The translations under genes and the position numbers were made by a program. From a virus: a stretch of DNA of 5,636 nt. The stretch lies in IMG/VR virus record IMGVR_UViG_3300045988_033297, positions 1 to 5,636 of that record; one strand, given 5' to 3'. Shown here one piece after another: positions 5,232 through 5,636 of the stretch. Position 1 is the stretch's first letter, and each line of letters begins with the position of its first letter. The notes under the pieces are model-generated. The model ran no database searches and was not told where the DNA came from. It saw only the letters and a list, made by a program, of their open reading frames with translations.

Positions 5232-5246
5232 GCGCAGGGCCTACAG

Positions 5247-5263
5247 ATAAAATAGCATAAAAT
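5247..5263 (+). repeat. Tandem ATAAAAT-AGC-ATAAAAT (10-nt phase), UP-element-like A/T block upstream of P2
   Basis: ATAAAAT occurs at 5247-5253 and 5257-5263, one helical turn apart, 23-39 nt upstream of the -35 box at 5286. Confidence 0.4.
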
Positions 5264-5285
5264 GATGTATATTTCAAGAAAACAG

Positions 5286-5314
5286 TTGACATACATCAAA
5301 TCTAGATGTATAAT
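5286..5314 (+). promoter_or_regulatory. Consensus sigma70/sigmaA promoter P2 (TTGACA-17 nt-TATAAT) for the acidic small ORF
   Basis: TTGACA at 5286-5291, a 17-nt spacer, TATAAT at 5309-5314. The perfect 7-nt inverted repeat ATACATC (5291-5297) / GATGTAT (5305-5311) bridges the -35 and -10 boxes. Confidence 0.8.
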
Positions 5315-5340
5315 AGAATCAGAAAGAAAGGAGAATAACA

Positions 5341-5502
5341 ATGAAAAGTTACTATGAAGAACATGTAAAAGATTGTGCAGCAGCTCTTTACGACGGCGGA
5401 TGGAGAAGCACAGACAGAAACGAAATACAAAAAGAATACAACATGGACGATGAGTGGACAGATGCAATCTGCGAAGAACTAAAAAAATACGAACAACAAT
5501 AA
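5341..5502 (+). CDS. Acidic small protein of unknown function (53 aa)
   Basis: Absent from the ORF track. AAGGAG (5328-5333) lies 7 nt before the ATG at 5341; stop TAA is at 5500-5502. The product is MKSYYEEHVKDCAAALYDGGWRSTDRNEIQKEYNMDDEWTDAICEELKKYEQQ, with 14 D/E versus 7 K/R. It is flanked by its own consensus promoter and a strong terminator. Confidence 0.65.
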   Translation: MKSYYEEHVKDCAAALYDGGWRSTDRNEIQKEYNMDDEWTDAICEELKKYEQQ

Positions 5503-5511
5503 GAATACTAC

Positions 5512-5551
5512 AAAACACAGGACAAAAAAAGTCTTGTGTTTTTTTTTTTTT
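5512..5551 (+). terminator. Strong rho-independent terminator (stem, A7 loop, T13 tail)
   Basis: CACAGGAC (5516-5523) pairs with GTCTTGTG (5531-5538): 8 bp with one G-U. The loop is A7 (5524-5530). The flanking A-run (5512-5515) can extend the stem. T13 lies at 5539-5551 and is duplicated at 2-14. Confidence 0.85.
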
Positions 5552-5636
5552 GGTAAAATTGAACAAAAAGGAGGCGATATTGTGGACAACCGCTTTTAAT
5601 CCGAACAGAAAAGAAATCATAAGAGTATACGTAGGA
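5538..5636. repeat. Terminal direct repeat, copy 2 (same sequence as 1-99)
   Basis: Identical to 1-99 by eye. It contains a duplicate of the RBS and the first 19 codons of the 43-240 ORF (5580-5636), which is an artefact of linearisation and not a second gene. Confidence 0.9.

Noticed and set aside
420-5620. All minus-strand ORFs in the track (420-791, 670-1149, 849-1118, 1278-1529, 2700-2921, 2981-3169, 3042-3293, 3442-3648, 3623-3835, 5153-5620)
   Set aside because: Each lies antisense to a strongly supported + strand gene or across promoters and terminators. Their products are C/F/L/V/R-rich low-complexity strings, which is what you expect when reading the complement of an A-rich coding strand. 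I saw no SD sequences before them. Microviridae transcribe one strand only.

Overview
The window holds one complete circular Microviridae genome that looks Gokushovirinae-like. Positions 1-99 are identical to 5538-5636, so the unit length is 5,537 nt and the 99 nt are an assembly overlap. All credible genes are on the + strand. In order they are: an RHH-like small ORF (43-240), a 39-aa very basic ORF8/J-like DNA-binding protein (326-445), a VP5-like protein (459-737), VP3 internal scaffold (700-1206), VP1 major capsid (1203-2924), VP2 pilot protein (2985-3821), a 55-aa CopG/Arc-type RHH protein (3872-4039), the VP4 HUH rolling-circle Rep (4121-5161), and a 53-aa acidic orphan ORF (5341-5502). 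Three of these genes are shorter than 60 aa and are missing from the supplied ORF track. The canonical virion and replication genes are ordinary; the regulatory layer is not. A near-identical 30-nt promoter block (perfect TTGACA-17-TATAAT with embedded inverted heptamers) occurs twice, once before the RHH-Rep pair and once before the acidic ORF. The RHH-then-HUH-Rep layout resembles the copG-repB copy-control cassette of rolling-circle plasmids. A perfect 12-bp GC-rich hairpin just upstream of rep carries in its loop the 8-mer TACATCAA, which also sits in both promoters and occurs five times in total. Other points of note are a second RHH-like ORF with an overlapping reading frame, alternative hairpins after rep, a codon-usage patch inside VP1, a GATC cluster in the first 1.4 kb, and no recognisable lysis gene. 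All functional assignments rest on motifs read by eye; no searches were run.
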